From Nemertoderma westbladi (taxonomy: Eukaryota; Animalia; Xenacoelomorpha), in NCBI GenBank assembly GCA_032718475.1, contig JAUCBJ010003888.1, positions 1 to 61,665 of the forward strand: DNA of 61,665 nucleotides, read 5' to 3'. The notes beneath the pieces are model-generated. The model was given only the letters and a program-made list of their open reading frames with translations. It made no database searches and was not told the DNA's origin. Below, in pieces: positions 60,149-61,665 of the stretch. Within the stretch, counting starts at the first letter, position 1. Each line of letters begins with the position of its first letter. Position numbers and translations under genes: made by a program.

Positions 60149-60251
60149 CTTTTACACCCGCCACATTGTGGCGTTGTCTGTCCCGGCTGTAGGTGACTCT
60201 TCCTTACTGGATCTGTGGTTTGGGGTGCGCGCACAGATCTTATACCCCCGC
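60149..60251 (-). CDS. Zasp52: Zasp/ALP-Enigma internal exon (start of LIM1)
   Basis: catacag|GC acceptor and AG|gttagt donor; encodes GGIRSVRAP...PQCGGCKR; 103 nt fits the flanking phases. Confidence 0.88.
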
Positions 60252-60752
60252 CTGTATGAATAATAATTTTTATTATTTATAATAATTCTGTTTTTGGTTA
60301 CTATGACAACCTCCATATTGTTTTAATATTTAAAATAAAATATTTAACCAACTACTTTACCTTTAGGCTGAAACTGCAACATTAAACATACGATTACACA
60401 TATTAAATTTTAGCTGCGGTCATAAACTACTAAGTAGAAGAGAGCTTGGCCTTGTTTACAGACAAAAGTCCATTAATAATTTAGATTTATTATATATTTT
60501 CTGATAGAAATAAGATGTTATTGTTCCACTCGCACCCACTAATCTGAACAAAATATCATTATAAAAATAATTATCAATAGTTGTGGGGCCGACCTAACAT
60601 TAGAGTAGTTGTGATTGTTCTTAGTGTAAATTATGGTGCAAAAACAGTGGAAGAGCAAAAAGTGTAATTTACTGAAGCAACACTTCTTAAAAAGATCAAA
60701 AAGTTAATATAATTAAAGAAAACTTAACTTCTCATGGGACCTACTGTCTCAC

Positions 60753-61221
60753 CTCCATCACTAGGTTCCTCTCCCGTCATTTGTTGCAAAGCCTTGAACG
60801 ACCGACTCTGTCTGTTTGGATCCCCGTATCCATAGTGACGCGTACTACCCTCATCCTCATCCCCATGGCGACCACTACGAACAACACTGCTAGTAGTAGT
60901 CTGCCTCTCGCTCTGTATCAACTGATAGGTTGCAGACTTCCGTGGATCGTAGACCGACCCAGGTTGTTCGCTAACAACCTGGACATCCGTGACCAATCCT
61001 TGCGTCTGCCCCTTAAACGCGTCGGCTATATTCTGGGAGCTATACAAGCCAACCGGCGAGTTGTACTGGTTATGAAATACAGTAGTGGAACCAGGACCTT
61101 GTTTAAACGGTTTAGCTGTTGTGTTGAACTGACTTCCAACATTCAGGGGTTCGTCTTTGTTCGCTGCTAAAGATACTCTGTAAGGAGGATCGTTGTAACT
61201 CGGCATTCCGGTGGCTGACGG
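60753..61221 (-). CDS. Zasp52: Zasp/ALP-Enigma exon with ZM motif
   Basis: HNQYNSPVGLYSSQNI (ZM motif), SATYQLI and QSRSFKALQ; donor GAG|gtgaga. The acceptor position is uncertain and the PDZ exons are presumably beyond the window. Confidence 0.85.
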
Positions 61222-61665
61222 CTGATTAACGGGGGTAAACGCTACGCCGACATCCGACAAACAAAGCCGACAAATTTTAATAAGTACGGATGAATTTTAC
61301 AGATAAGGGGGACAGATTTTTTTTTAAGATTTCGACGCAATAAAATTTACTTAGCAGAGTAAAATCGACGTAAATAACAGCTGATTAACCCCAAAAGGAA
61401 AACTGTAATAAACTGTTCTACTGTATTGATTTTAGTTTAATGTTTTGGCGAAAATTAGTGCCAGAGTAGGGAAACTGCAACTATCCTTTCCATCAACTGA
61501 TAATTTAACATTGAGACGGTATTAATCTGTGTTAAGTAAAAATCACAGGCAGTGAGTGAGTCAGTCTTGAGGCGAAATGGGACCAATTAAGACACTTTAA
61601 GTCTCAATAGCAAGAAAAGTTCATTAATTACCGGTAATGTTAATTATATAAATTGGCGAAAGATG

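Overview
Eukaryotic (invertebrate-type) genomic window. About 52 kb is a nested transposon island and the last ~5 kb holds three exons of a minus-strand Zasp/ALP-Enigma (ZM + 4 LIM) host gene. The island contains: an open GalEa-type Copia element running off the left edge; a decayed minus-strand BEL/Pao element (el1) carrying Harbinger, Merlin, Tc1-like and LINE insertions; and a 5'-truncated CRE-like non-LTR retrotransposon split by two young, related BEL/Pao proviruses (el2 21092-38797, el3 39589-51647). The main finding concerns this BEL/Pao lineage. It has no tRNA primer-binding site. Instead the 11-12 nt after the 5' LTR are complementary to a site inside the LTR, with compensatory changes between el2 and el3, which suggests Tf1-like self-priming. 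The adjacent U5 forms a covarying, probably pseudoknotted RNA fold. All three copies also carry a non-env accessory ORF3 downstream of pol (CCHC knuckles in el2), preceded by a long hairpin whose structure is conserved. All alignments and base pairings were done by eye and no database searches were run.
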